Assembly: GCA_965198115.1 (NCBI GenBank)
Contig: OZ240241.1
Coordinates: 7,872,001 to 7,936,000 of the forward strand
Direction of reading: 5' to 3'
DNA length: 64,000 nucleotides
Source: Candidatus Latescibacterota bacterium
Lineage (GTDB): Bacteria; Latescibacterota; UBA2968
Below are positions 54,913 to 64,000 of the stretch, piece by piece. The notes under the pieces are model-generated. The model did no database searches. It saw only the letters and a list, made by a program, of their open reading frames with translations, and had not been told where the DNA came from. A program made the translations under genes and the position numbers. Numbering within the stretch: position 1 is the stretch's first letter; every line of letters starts with the position of its first letter.

Positions 54913-55276
54913 AAAGCACTGACGGAGAAAAGTAGGCCGTCTCCAGCCTCACGAGGGAGCGGGTGCCGTGACTGGAAGCACTCGCGGGGTATGCACGGCC
55001 GAAGTTCACTCCCGAGCTGCTCAGCTGAACCCTTGCCTCCGTAGTTCTCACAAGGTTGCCCCAGCAAACTCGCGCCTGCATCAGCCAGCGAGCTTTGCCG
55101 GGCAAGCCGTCCGAAGGATGGCCATAGGCTGAGCCGGGGTCGTTCCACGTCATCGGAACGGACAGTGACGGCTGTCCAAAGTGGCGGCCCGACCCCACCT
55201 GGTCGGGAACGCAATTAGGGTGGTACCGCGGAAGAGCTCTTTCGTCCCTATCTGGATGAAAGAGCGTTTTTCATTT
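54913..55276 (+). promoter_or_regulatory. Phe T-box riboswitch (transcriptional)
   Basis: Stem I with GA motif and AGTA loop-E; specifier TTC at 55005-55007; T-box AATTAGGGTGGTACCGCG at 55213-55230; terminator 55236-55265 followed by a U-tract. Confidence 0.93.
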
Positions 55277-55286
55277 GGGGATCCAC

Positions 55287-56843
55287 GTGCCCGACGTAGA
55301 CCTTTCATCACTCCACGCGCTGGAAGTCAGAACCCTGCGGGGTTTCGAACACGCGCCCGAGGCCGTGCAGCTGGATACAGACCTCGAAGCGTCTTCCGGA
55401 CTCACCGCGGGGCAGCTCCGTCGAGCAGTGGAGTGGCTCGTTTCCAAGACGCTCCTGTCCGTCGCATCGGAGGAGGCCCGTCTCTCCGTTTCCCTGAGCG
55501 ATCAGGGCAGGCGGTTTCTCGACGTGGGGTGCACACCCGAATCGGAACTGTTGCGCCGTGCAGGCGAGGGCCCGGTCACACTCGCCGACCTTCAGAGCGA
55601 CGACCGGTTCGACCGAGGCGATTGGGGCAGCGCATTCGGGACTCTCAAGAGAGATGGCATCATCGACAGCTACGGACCCAACATCGTCATCAAGAACGAC
55701 GAGCAGGCCACCTTCTACACGCGGACGATCGTCACCGACCTCATCGGCCGGTTCAAAGAGGATCCCGATGGCACCATCTCGATTGAAGCCTTCCCGCAGG
55801 AATTGCGGGGCCACATCGAAGAATCCTCCAAAGGGCGGGGGAAGGGAAAGTCACCCGTTCGGCTGAGCGAGCAGACCGTTCGCGGCTACTCGCTCACTGA
55901 ATCGGGGCGCGGAATCCTCGAGTCGGTCGTCGATCAGAACCTGACGGGTGAAGAGGTCAGCCGCCTGACGTCTGACATGCTTCAGAGTGGATCGTGGAAA
56001 CGAGTCGGATTCAGACGCTACGACCTCTCGATCAAACCGCCCCGCATCCAAACCGGACGACACCATCCGTATCGGGCCTACCTCGACGAGGTGCGCCGAA
56101 AACTTCTATCCCTCGGGTTCGAGGAAATGAAGGGCCCGCTCGTCGAAACCGAATTCTGGAACATGGACGCGCTCTTCATGCCTCAGTTCCACGCGGCCCG
56201 AAACATCCACGACGCCTACTTCATCAGCGACCCGAGCGAGTCGAAGGGCCCCGAGGAACCTCACTTCAGCCGTGTCGGCCAGGCACACCGGGATGGGGGC
56301 GAAACCGAGTCCCGCGGATGGCGATACCCGTTCGATCCGGAACGATCACGCCGCCTCCTCATGCGAACACAGGGTACAGCACTCTCCGCTCGGGCTCTGG
56401 CCGGGGACGCCAACATTCCCGGCAAGTATTTCGCGATCGCCCGATGCTTCCGTCCCGATGAGATCGATGCCACTCACGGCGCCGAATTCAACCAGGTGGA
56501 AGGCATCGTCCTCGGCGAATCGATCAACTTCCAATCTCTCCTCGGTCTACTGAAACTGTTCGCCCTCGAGGTCGCGGAATCCGAGGACGTACGCTACGTA
56601 CCCGACTACTTCCCGTTCACCGAACCCTCCGTCGAGCTTCAGGCCAAACATCCCACGCTCGGTTGGATCGAGCTGGGCGGTGCAGGCCTGTTCCGCCCGG
56701 AACTCACGAACCCCCTCGGTGTCGACGTGCCGGTCATCGCCTGGGGACTGGGCGTCGACAGAATGGCCATGGTCTCCCTCGGCGTCACCGACATCCGGGA
56801 CCTGTTCAGCACCGATCTCGATTACCTGCGCAACAAGAGATAA
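55287..56843 (+). CDS. pheS: Phenylalanine-tRNA ligase alpha subunit, archaeal/eukaryotic type
   Basis: Long N-terminal extension; FWNMDALFMPQFHAAR, FRPDEIDATHGAEFNQVEG, YFPFTEPS, WIELGGAGLFRPE, AWGLG. Confidence 0.95.
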   Translation: MPDVDLSSLHALEVRTLRGFEHAPEAVQLDTDLEASSGLTAGQLRRAVEWLVSKTLLSVASEEARLSVSLSDQGRRFLDVGCTPESELLRRAGEGPVTLADLQSDDRFDRGDWGSAFGTLKRDGIIDSYGPNIVIKNDEQATFYTRTIVTDLIGRFKEDPDGTISIEAFPQELRGHIEESSKGRGKGKSPVRLSEQTVRGYSLTESGRGILESVVDQNLTGEEVSRLTSDMLQSGSWKRVGFRRYDLSIKPPRIQTGRHHPYRAYLDEVRRKLLSLGFEEMKGPLVETEFWNMDALFMPQFHAARNIHDAYFISDPSESKGPEEPHFSRVGQAHRDGGETESRGWRYPFDPERSRRLLMRTQGTALSARALAGDANIPGKYFAIARCFRPDEIDATHGAEFNQVEGIVLGESINFQSLLGLLKLFALEVAESEDVRYVPDYFPFTEPSVELQAKHPTLGWIELGGAGLFRPELTNPLGVDVPVIAWGLGVDRMAMVSLGVTDIRDLFSTDLDYLRNKR

Positions 56844-56846
56844 TAA

Positions 56847-56969
56847 ACCACGGAGGGCACCGACCAAGACACCCCGGCCGATCACCAAACCTGTCATAAT
56901 CTCGAAAGACCACACGGTACTCCCTCTTTCGCATTTGCATTCTCCGTGTCCTCCGTGTTCTCCGTAGTA
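56847..56969. repeat. Inverted 9-mer repeat cassette between pheS and pheT
   Basis: ACCACGGAGGGCAC... and TCTCCGTGT-CCTCCGTGT-TCTCCGTAG; same family as the repeat at 11230. Confidence 0.65.
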
Positions 56970-56994
56970 GGTTTTCATTCCATCAGGATCAGCA

Positions 56995-58665
56995 ATGCCC
57001 ACGATATCCGTCATCAAACACGACCTCGAACGACTGGCCGGAAAGACCTACGACCTCCCGGAGTTGGAGCTGGCTCTCGAACACGCCAAGGCGGAGGTCA
57101 AAGCCGAGGGCGACGAGTTGCGTGTCCAGCTCAAGGACACGAATCGACCCGACCTCTGGTGTGCCGAAGGACTGGGTCGCGTGCTCAAAGGCTACCGCGA
57201 AGGGGTTTACGACGACTATGTCTATCCATCCTCGGGCGGGGCGGATCGTCGAATCGATGTGGATCCGGGCCTTGAGCACATCCGGCCCTTCGTATCCGGT
57301 TTCGTCTGTCGCGGGGTCGAAATCGACGACGACGCACTCAAGCAACTGATCGAAACACAGGAGCGACTCACGGAAAACTACGGCCGAGGGCGCAGCTCGA
57401 TCGCCATTGGGATCTACGACGCATCCGACATCGTTTACCCGATTCGCTACGAAGCCGTGACGCCCGATACGCGCTTCACGCCTCTCGACGCGTCGACCGA
57501 GATGAGTCTTCGTCAGATCCTGGCCGAACACCCGACCGGACAAACTTACGCGCACCTGCTCGAGGGATTCGATCGGTTTCCCCTGTTGAGAGACGACAGG
57601 GATGAGGTCCTTTCGATGCCACCCATCATCAACAGCGCATCCCTCGGGCGCGTCGAAATCGGCGACGCTCATCTCTTCGTCGAGGCGACCGGCACCGTCT
57701 TGGATCACGTGCTGCACAGCATGGCCATCTTCGCCGCGAACCTCGCAGATCGAGGTGGAACGATCGAACCGGTCACGACGCACTATCCCTACGACACGCC
57801 ACGAGGACGTGAAGTCCAAAGTCCCGTAGACATGGGAACGCCGACGACAGCGACCTTTCATCAGATCAACGAAACCGCCGGGACCGAACTGAGTTCGGAA
57901 CAGATCGAAACGGCCTTGAGAAAGATGGGGTATCGGGATGTCACAGCCGCCCCCGAGGCCGTCACGGCGACGTCGCCCCCCTATCGGGACGACCTGCTCC
58001 ATCCGGTCGACATGATCGAAGACATCATCATCGGCGTGGGCTATGAGGCGTTCGAGCCCATCATGCCTCGCGACTTTACGATCGGAAAAGCAGCGCCCCA
58101 GGAAGACCTGTCCGATCGCATTCGTCATCTGTTCGTGGGCTGCGGCTTCCAGGAGCTTTTCCTGCCCGTACTCGGGTCCGTCGAAAACCAGACCACGCGA
58201 ATGCGGAACGAACACGCACCCGCGATTGTCATCGCCAACCCCATGTCCGAACACTACGGGTGCGCCCGCTGGTCGCTGATTCCGGGTCTCCTCAGCGTCG
58301 AGGAAACGAGTCGCCGGGCGATCTATCCGCACATGCTCTTCGAGGTCGGAGAAGTCACCAGAAAGGATGTCGATCACGACTATGGCTCTCGAACCGACAT
58401 CCTCGTCACCGCCTTGGAGGCTTCGGAGGATGCCAACCTCTCAGGCATCCAGAGTTACCTCGAAGCCTTCGCCTACTACTTCGGGTTCGAATACGAACTC
58501 AGGGCCATCGGCCACCCGACGTATCTGTCCGGACGCACGGGCGAGATCGTCAGCCGCGGGCAGACCCACGGCGTGATCGGTGAAATTCACCCGGAGGTAC
58601 TCGACAACTGGGGAATCACCGTTCCTGTCAGCGTCTTCGAAGTCGACATTCGCATAGCACATTGA
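56995..58665 (+). CDS. pheT: Phenylalanine-tRNA ligase beta subunit, archaeal/eukaryotic type
   Basis: MPTI start, NRPDLW, LSMPPIINS, PPYRDDLLHPVDMIED, GEIHPEVL; 556 aa with no OB-fold or anticodon-binding domain. Confidence 0.95.
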   Translation: MPTISVIKHDLERLAGKTYDLPELELALEHAKAEVKAEGDELRVQLKDTNRPDLWCAEGLGRVLKGYREGVYDDYVYPSSGGADRRIDVDPGLEHIRPFVSGFVCRGVEIDDDALKQLIETQERLTENYGRGRSSIAIGIYDASDIVYPIRYEAVTPDTRFTPLDASTEMSLRQILAEHPTGQTYAHLLEGFDRFPLLRDDRDEVLSMPPIINSASLGRVEIGDAHLFVEATGTVLDHVLHSMAIFAANLADRGGTIEPVTTHYPYDTPRGREVQSPVDMGTPTTATFHQINETAGTELSSEQIETALRKMGYRDVTAAPEAVTATSPPYRDDLLHPVDMIEDIIIGVGYEAFEPIMPRDFTIGKAAPQEDLSDRIRHLFVGCGFQELFLPVLGSVENQTTRMRNEHAPAIVIANPMSEHYGCARWSLIPGLLSVEETSRRAIYPHMLFEVGEVTRKDVDHDYGSRTDILVTALEASEDANLSGIQSYLEAFAYYFGFEYELRAIGHPTYLSGRTGEIVSRGQTHGVIGEIHPEVLDNWGITVPVSVFEVDIRIAH

Positions 58666-58755
58666 AGATGTAGCAGTCGGGGTTCCCACCTGAACTCGCG
58701 GCTGCCATATCCAAGAGTGTTCTATGTTCATTGTTCCATCTTCAAAGGGGTCCTC

Positions 58756-59757
58756 ATGGTCAACATCGCTTTCCTCTCCACTGCCCACACTCACACCAAA
58801 GGCTTCCTCTCGGCCGTCCGCGAGAAAGAGGGCGCGAATCTCGTCGCCATTTGGGACGACATGGAATCGCGAGGTCGGGGCTTCCGTGACGAATACGGCG
58901 GCGACTACTCGAGCGATCTTGCCGCGGTCATCTCTCGCGACGATCTCGACGGCTTCATCGTCTGTGCCGAAAATTCGCGTCATCTCCCCTTGCTCGAAGC
59001 GGCAATCCCGACGGGCAAGCCGATCTTTTGCGAAAAACCGTTCATGACCACCACGGCCGATGCGGTAAAAGCCGTGGGCCTGATTCGCGAGCACGGCACG
59101 GTCGTTCACACGGGCTACTTCCAGCCATTCTCGGCCGCCATGCAGGGGGTGATCGCGCACGTTCAGTCCGGGGCTATGGGAAAGCTGACCCACGCCAAGT
59201 ATCGCAACGCCCACCACGCCGCCTACGGCCGCTGGTTCGATTCCGACGCGCTGCGATGGTTCGCCGACCCCGCACTCGCCGGTGGAGGCGCCTTCATGGA
59301 CATGGGCACGCACGCCATCCACCTCCTGCGCACTGTTCTCGGCCGCGCCACGGAGGCGTTCGCGACCATCAGCAACGTGTCCGGCATCTACCCCAACGTC
59401 GACGACAACGGCGTGGCACTGCTACGTTTCGAAAGTGGCGTCGTCGCAACCGTCGAGGCGTCCTGGGTCCAGACCGGCGGCCCAAAGGCGTTCGAAGTCG
59501 TCGGGAGCACCTCGACGTTGTATGAGATCGAAGGACGCGGTTTCGTCACCACGGAGCCTCGGGAAGAACCCGTCGACGTCCCCACGGGCAAAGAGAGACC
59601 GACACGCGTCGACCGACTCGTCGCCGCCATCAATGGAGACCTGCCTCGCGAAGAATTGGACGCCGACTTCGACTGCGCTATCGACGCCGTCGCGATCATG
59701 GAGGCGTGCTACGCGTCCAATCAGAGCGGCACGTGGGAGAAAGTCGCAAAGGTGTAG
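58756..59757 (+). CDS. Gfo/Idh/MocA oxidoreductase
   Basis: GKPIFCEKP, GGGAFMDMGTH. Confidence 0.9.
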   Translation: MVNIAFLSTAHTHTKGFLSAVREKEGANLVAIWDDMESRGRGFRDEYGGDYSSDLAAVISRDDLDGFIVCAENSRHLPLLEAAIPTGKPIFCEKPFMTTTADAVKAVGLIREHGTVVHTGYFQPFSAAMQGVIAHVQSGAMGKLTHAKYRNAHHAAYGRWFDSDALRWFADPALAGGGAFMDMGTHAIHLLRTVLGRATEAFATISNVSGIYPNVDDNGVALLRFESGVVATVEASWVQTGGPKAFEVVGSTSTLYEIEGRGFVTTEPREEPVDVPTGKERPTRVDRLVAAINGDLPREELDADFDCAIDAVAIMEACYASNQSGTWEKVAKV

Positions 59758-59771
59758 GATTGGACCCCATA

Positions 59772-59801
59772 CGTAGGGACGGTTCGCGAACCGTCCCTAC
59801 G
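59772..59801. repeat. GTAG-type REP palindrome
   Basis: Perfect 30-bp palindrome CGTAGGGACGGTTCGCGAACCGTCCCTACG. Confidence 0.7.
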
Positions 59802-59825
59802 CGTTACTTATCGAGAGGACATCAG

Positions 59826-60581
59826 ATGCCGCTGCGCCTAGCCTACAGCAGCCTCAAATGGAAAGAGCAGAACCTCGAAACCAACCTGCGGGCGCTGGTG
59901 GAAGAAGGGTTCGGAGGGTGGGAAACGCGGGAATCGCTCGACTGGCTCGGTACGCCAAAACGCTTGAAAACGATGGCAAGCGACTGCGGCATCGAAATCG
60001 CCGCGGTCAGTGGACCGAATGTCCCCGCCACGAAGGATCAGCCCGCTTTCGAGATCAACAAGCGCCGGATCGAATTCGCGTCGGACCTCGGAGTCCCTCT
60101 CCTTATGACAAAGGGCCCCCGTGGTGAGAACAACCCGACGCCCGACGCCGAGCTGCAGCAGGTCGCGGATATGTATGAGGAACTGGCCCGTCACGGCCAG
60201 CCGCTCGGCGTGACCGTTACCTTCCATCCGCACGTCAATCACTTCGTCGACAGTGCGGATGAATGGAAGCGCTTCATGCCCATGCTCGACGTCTGCCGAC
60301 TGTGTCTCGACATGTCTCACGCGGTGCGATGGGGCTACGACCCCGTCCAGGCCGCACACGACTACAGCGATCGAATCTCGCTCCTTCACCTCCACGACGA
60401 GAAAGACGGCGTGGGCGCCGACATCGGCGAGGGACCGATGTGCGATTACGGCGCCTTCCTGCAGACCGTCCAGGACGTCGGTTACGATGGATGGGTCGTC
60501 GTCTGCCCGGGGAACGACAACAAATCCGACCGGGAAAAGATCCAACACAATCGAGCGTATCTGAAATCGATCGGGTATTGA
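59826..60581 (+). CDS. Sugar phosphate isomerase/epimerase (xylose-isomerase-like TIM barrel)
   Basis: FHPH, LCLDMSH, LHLHD, GYDGW; RBS GAGG. Confidence 0.85.
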   Translation: MPLRLAYSSLKWKEQNLETNLRALVEEGFGGWETRESLDWLGTPKRLKTMASDCGIEIAAVSGPNVPATKDQPAFEINKRRIEFASDLGVPLLMTKGPRGENNPTPDAELQQVADMYEELARHGQPLGVTVTFHPHVNHFVDSADEWKRFMPMLDVCRLCLDMSHAVRWGYDPVQAAHDYSDRISLLHLHDEKDGVGADIGEGPMCDYGAFLQTVQDVGYDGWVVVCPGNDNKSDREKIQHNRAYLKSIGY

Positions 60582-60734
60582 AAAACCGCCCTCGGGCAGA
60601 GCCCAAGGGCGAGCGAAGCGCATGGTTTCACTTCACAAAAACAGAATGTTGTGCTCGTCCCCGTGCTCCGCACGTGGACGCTTTAGTGAACCATCGTAGA
60701 AATGTTCCAATGGTCTTTCTGGGGAGTCTGTCCA

Positions 60735-61931
60735 TTGCCCAACATCACCGTCGGAATACTCGGACTCAGACGCGGCTTCACTCATCTGAAAAACTTTATT
60801 CACGCCGACGGTGCCGACGTGATCGGCGCGTGCGATCGTGTCGCGGCGAACAGGGACCGCGGTGCCGCCCACATCGCCGAGACGGGAACAAGAGCGGAGG
60901 TCGTTAAAGGGTTCGATGACCTCCTCCGGCTGAAGCCAGATGCCATCGTGGTTGCCAGCAACGCGACGCTTCACGTTCAGCACTCGATTCAGGCAATGAA
61001 GGCGGGCTGTGCCGTTCTGTGCGAAGTTCCCGGCGCTTACACGCCCGAAGAGTCCTGGCAGCTGCGCGAATGCGTTCAGCGCACCGGTCAGTTCTACATG
61101 CTGGGCGAAAACACGTGTTTCTGGGATTTCTTCCGCTACTTCAGGAAGTGGATCGTCGAAGGTCAATTTGGGGCGATTTCCGCTGCCGAAGGCGAGTACC
61201 TGCACTACCTGCCCGCCACGATGCTGACCGAGACGGGAACTCTTTCGCCCTCGGATGTGAAGCGCCAGGGCATCACGAACGCCGTACCCACGTGGCGTGC
61301 CGCCATGCCGCCGATCCAGTATCTCACTCACGACCTAGGCCCGCTCCTCGAGATTCTGGACGACCGTGCGGTCAGCGTCACCTGTCGGAGCGCCGCCTCA
61401 CACTCCGAGGAAGCGCCGCTCAGGAGCGACGGCCAGATTGCGCTGTTCCAGACCGCCAAGGGCCACCTCATCAAGATCATGGTGACGCTCAACACGCGAC
61501 GTCCCGAAGAGCATCGCTACCGCCTCTTCGGTACACTCGGGAGTGCGGAATGGTTCACCTACGAAGGATTCGCACGAAGGCTCACACGATCGATGGAGAC
61601 CAAACAGGGCTGGGAGGTCTTCCCTGTCGGGTATGCGGCAAGGGAAGATGACACGACGACCGGCCACGGGGGCGCGGATCTCAAAACAGCCTCCGCCTTC
61701 ATCGCCGCCCTGAGCGAGGGCAAGCCGAGCCCCATCGACGTCTACCGAGCGATGGAGTACCACCTGCCCGGCATGCTGGCCCATCGGTCTGCCGAAATGG
61801 ACGGCGCACCCGTGGCCATCCCGGACGTGCGCACATCGCCGTTCGAGGGGACGAAATTCTGGGATGTGGTAGGATTACCCGATACGGAGCCACCCGCCTC
61901 GTTCTACAACGAGACAGTCAGGCCGACGTAA
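60735..61931 (+). CDS. Gfo/Idh/MocA oxidoreductase (GH109-like subgroup)
   Basis: VGILGL, VLCEVP, YMLGEN, EGEYLH, YLTH, GHGGAD. Confidence 0.85.
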   Translation: MPNITVGILGLRRGFTHLKNFIHADGADVIGACDRVAANRDRGAAHIAETGTRAEVVKGFDDLLRLKPDAIVVASNATLHVQHSIQAMKAGCAVLCEVPGAYTPEESWQLRECVQRTGQFYMLGENTCFWDFFRYFRKWIVEGQFGAISAAEGEYLHYLPATMLTETGTLSPSDVKRQGITNAVPTWRAAMPPIQYLTHDLGPLLEILDDRAVSVTCRSAASHSEEAPLRSDGQIALFQTAKGHLIKIMVTLNTRRPEEHRYRLFGTLGSAEWFTYEGFARRLTRSMETKQGWEVFPVGYAAREDDTTTGHGGADLKTASAFIAALSEGKPSPIDVYRAMEYHLPGMLAHRSAEMDGAPVAIPDVRTSPFEGTKFWDVVGLPDTEPPASFYNETVRPT

Positions 61932-61978
61932 AGCGTTCGGTCGAAGTTCGACCATCGACAGTGGCCAGCCCGAGGCCC

Positions 61979-63154
61979 TCAGAACGTGATCGCCTCACGT
62001 GATTCGATCTTCGATTCGTCCAGGACGATTCCCAACCCGGGAAGGCCGGGCACGACAACGTCGCCGTTTTCGGGTCGGTAGAGCGGGTCGTGGAAGAACT
62101 GCTTGGTCTCCTGCCCGCGGATCAGGAATTCGACGCGGGGAACGGTCGTCGGTGCTTGCGCTGCGGCAACGTGAAGGGCGGCGAGCAGAGAGTGGCCGTG
62201 GGCGACCATCGGAATCTCGAACGCCGACGTCAGCGCGCAGATCTTCATCAACTCCGTGATCCCACCCGTCCAGTCCGGATCGGTCTGCACGACATCTACC
62301 GCATCCCTCAGCAGGAGCTCTTTGACCTGCCACCGGGTGTAGACGTGCTCCCCCGTCGCGATCGGCACGCGCGCAGCTAGCCTCAACTTGCGGAATTCGT
62401 TCACACGATCGGACGGGAACGGTTCTTCCATCCACCGTGGACCGACCGATTCCAGTCCGCGCACCATCTCCGTCGCATACGTCAGATCCCATCCGTTGAA
62501 CGCATCGAACATCAACTCGTAGTCGGGACCGACCGCATCTCGAACAGCCCGCGCCATCGCCAGGTTCCGTGCGAGCCCTTCCTTCCCATCTCCAGGTCCG
62601 TGGCGAAAGAACCACTTCTGCGCCGTGTAGCCCTGGCCTTTGTATGCCTCCGCGGACTGCGCTGCCTCATTGGGCTCGATCGAGAAGCCCAGCATGCTCG
62701 CGTATGCCGGGACCCGCATCCGCGTCGGCCCTCCCAGGAGACGGTAAATCGGCAGACCGAGCGCCTTTCCCTTCAGATCCCACAACGCACAGTCGACGGG
62801 ACTGATCCCCGTCATGATCTGTCCCGTTCGTCCGTGACGATCCAGCCGAATCACCTGATCCAGCAAGGCTTCTGTGGCCAGAGGATCGCGCCCGACCAGA
62901 AACGGTTTCAGCAAGGTCAGAATCACAAAGGCCTGGGCCCGCTGAATCGGGCCGAACGTGCCCGACACTCCTTCGTCGGTCGAGACATCCAGGTAGAGAG
63001 CCGCGAGGCCCTCACGATCGCCTCCCCCTGTTCCGCTTCCTTCGTTGAACTCCGGGTAGATATCGAGCGGACGCGACTGTCGATCACCTCGCGGAAACGT
63101 CGGCCCGTCGTACGACCCGGAGAAACGCGTCACGGTCACGTTAGTAATCTTCAT
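61979..63154 (-). CDS. Enolase-superfamily dehydratase (L-rhamnonate dehydratase-like)
   Basis: VDCALWDLKGK, AYASML, AQKWF, MFD, WMEEP, ATGEH, AHG. Confidence 0.88.
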   Translation of the reverse strand: MKITNVTVTRFSGSYDGPTFPRGDRQSRPLDIYPEFNEGSGTGGGDREGLAALYLDVSTDEGVSGTFGPIQRAQAFVILTLLKPFLVGRDPLATEALLDQVIRLDRHGRTGQIMTGISPVDCALWDLKGKALGLPIYRLLGGPTRMRVPAYASMLGFSIEPNEAAQSAEAYKGQGYTAQKWFFRHGPGDGKEGLARNLAMARAVRDAVGPDYELMFDAFNGWDLTYATEMVRGLESVGPRWMEEPFPSDRVNEFRKLRLAARVPIATGEHVYTRWQVKELLLRDAVDVVQTDPDWTGGITELMKICALTSAFEIPMVAHGHSLLAALHVAAAQAPTTVPRVEFLIRGQETKQFFHDPLYRPENGDVVVPGLPGLGIVLDESKIESREAITF

Positions 63155-63195
63155 GGTGCCCTCGAAACACTCGATATCCAGCGACTTGAGTACAC

Positions 63196-63229
63196 AAAAA
63201 AGGGGCCGGCCGTTCCGGCGCCGGGCCCC
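63196..63229 (-). terminator. Probable intrinsic terminator after the TPR gene
   Basis: GGGGCC(C)GGC...GCCGGCCCC followed by TTTTTT on the minus strand. Confidence 0.55.
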
Positions 63230-63253
63230 AGATCTTGATCTCGAAAAGCGGGG

Positions 63254-64000
63254 TCAGCCCGCCACCTGCCTCGCATCGACAGAGGCGAGTAGGGCTTCGA
63301 CTTTTCTCGCGTCCAGACTCGCCCCTATTCCATCGAACAAAGTCCTTGCCTTCAAGAGGTGGTCGCGTGCCTCTTCTGTTCTGCCCTGCCAGAGAAGCGT
63401 GTGGCCCTGATCGCGACGGACCTCGGCAAGACCGTGCGGGCTTTCGTATCGGTTGTAAAGTCCCTCGCTACGCTCTAACAGCACTCGGCACGTTTTCCAG
63501 TGCTCGAGTTTGCCGAAACAGAGTCCGAGCACGCGATACACATCCGCCTCCCCCAGTGAATCGCCAACCGCCGTATAGACCTCCAGCGCCCGCCCGGATG
63601 TCGCAATCGCACCCGCGCATCTGCCCGTTTCCATCAGAGACCGAGCGTGGCTGAGATGAACGTTACCGACGAGTTCAGACGCCTGCTCGTCCTCCGTAAG
63701 CATTAGGGCGCGCTCGAAACAAGCGATGGCTTCGCAGTGGTTTTCGGCGTCCGCGTGAACCATGCCGGCGTTGTGCCACGACCGTGCCGCGCCGGCGGTG
63801 TCATCTCTTGCCTCGTAGAGTCGGATACATTCCGCGTAACGGTCGACGGCCTCCTTCGCGAAACCCTGTATCGTCGCCAGGACGGCCAGGTTGTTCATCG
63901 CATCGATCGCGACGAGTTCGCTTCCCGCGCGCCCTGCCAAATCGAAAGCGGTCCTGTAATGACCGGAGGCTTCAGCGTATCGCCCCTGCTCGTGGTGGAC
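63254..64000 (-). CDS. TPR repeat protein (5' end outside the window)
   Basis: Repeated NNLA/HNAG/RVLG..A...FERAL helices. Confidence 0.8.
   Translation of the reverse strand, partial: VHHEQGRYAEASGHYRTAFDLAGRAGSELVAIDAMNNLAVLATIQGFAKEAVDRYAECIRLYEARDDTAGAARSWHNAGMVHADAENHCEAIACFERALMLTEDEQASELVGNVHLSHARSLMETGRCAGAIATSGRALEVYTAVGDSLGEADVYRVLGLCFGKLEHWKTCRVLLERSEGLYNRYESPHGLAEVRRDQGHTLLWQGRTEEARDHLLKARTLFDGIGASLDARKVEALLASVDARQVAG

Overview
GC-rich bacterial chromosome window. LptE suggests a diderm; the sulfatase, enolase-superfamily, DUF6785-like and FG-GAP genes suggest a Latescibacterota/FCB/PVC-like heterotroph (inference only). Intact content: a histidine kinase/REC-adenylate cyclase signalling cluster, sugar-acid catabolism genes, cysK, a form II coxSLM-G molybdo-hydroxylase operon, and an archaeal-type pheST operon under a complete Phe (UUC) T-box with an unusually expanded Stem II. 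About a fifth of the window is recent, nested IS DNA (2x IS1182, 2x IS256, 2x IS1380, 3x ISL3 and one ISL3/IS1380 chimera). ISL3 repeatedly hits the same 8-bp site in the IS1380 left end. Several genes are broken, including all three motility-related genes (FapA, a PilZ/YcgR-like gene, fliG). Best novelty candidates: (1) a pair of homologous ~60-aa small proteins with sigma54/sigma28 promoters and CsrA-like sites, (2) the IS-in-IS targeting hierarchy, (3) the T-box/archaeal PheRS unit, (4) a sul1-like leader RNA on an ankyrin gene, and (5) stacked 7-/9-mer repeat modules at gene ends. No rRNA, tRNA or CRISPR array was seen. All family calls come from motif recognition, not database searches.
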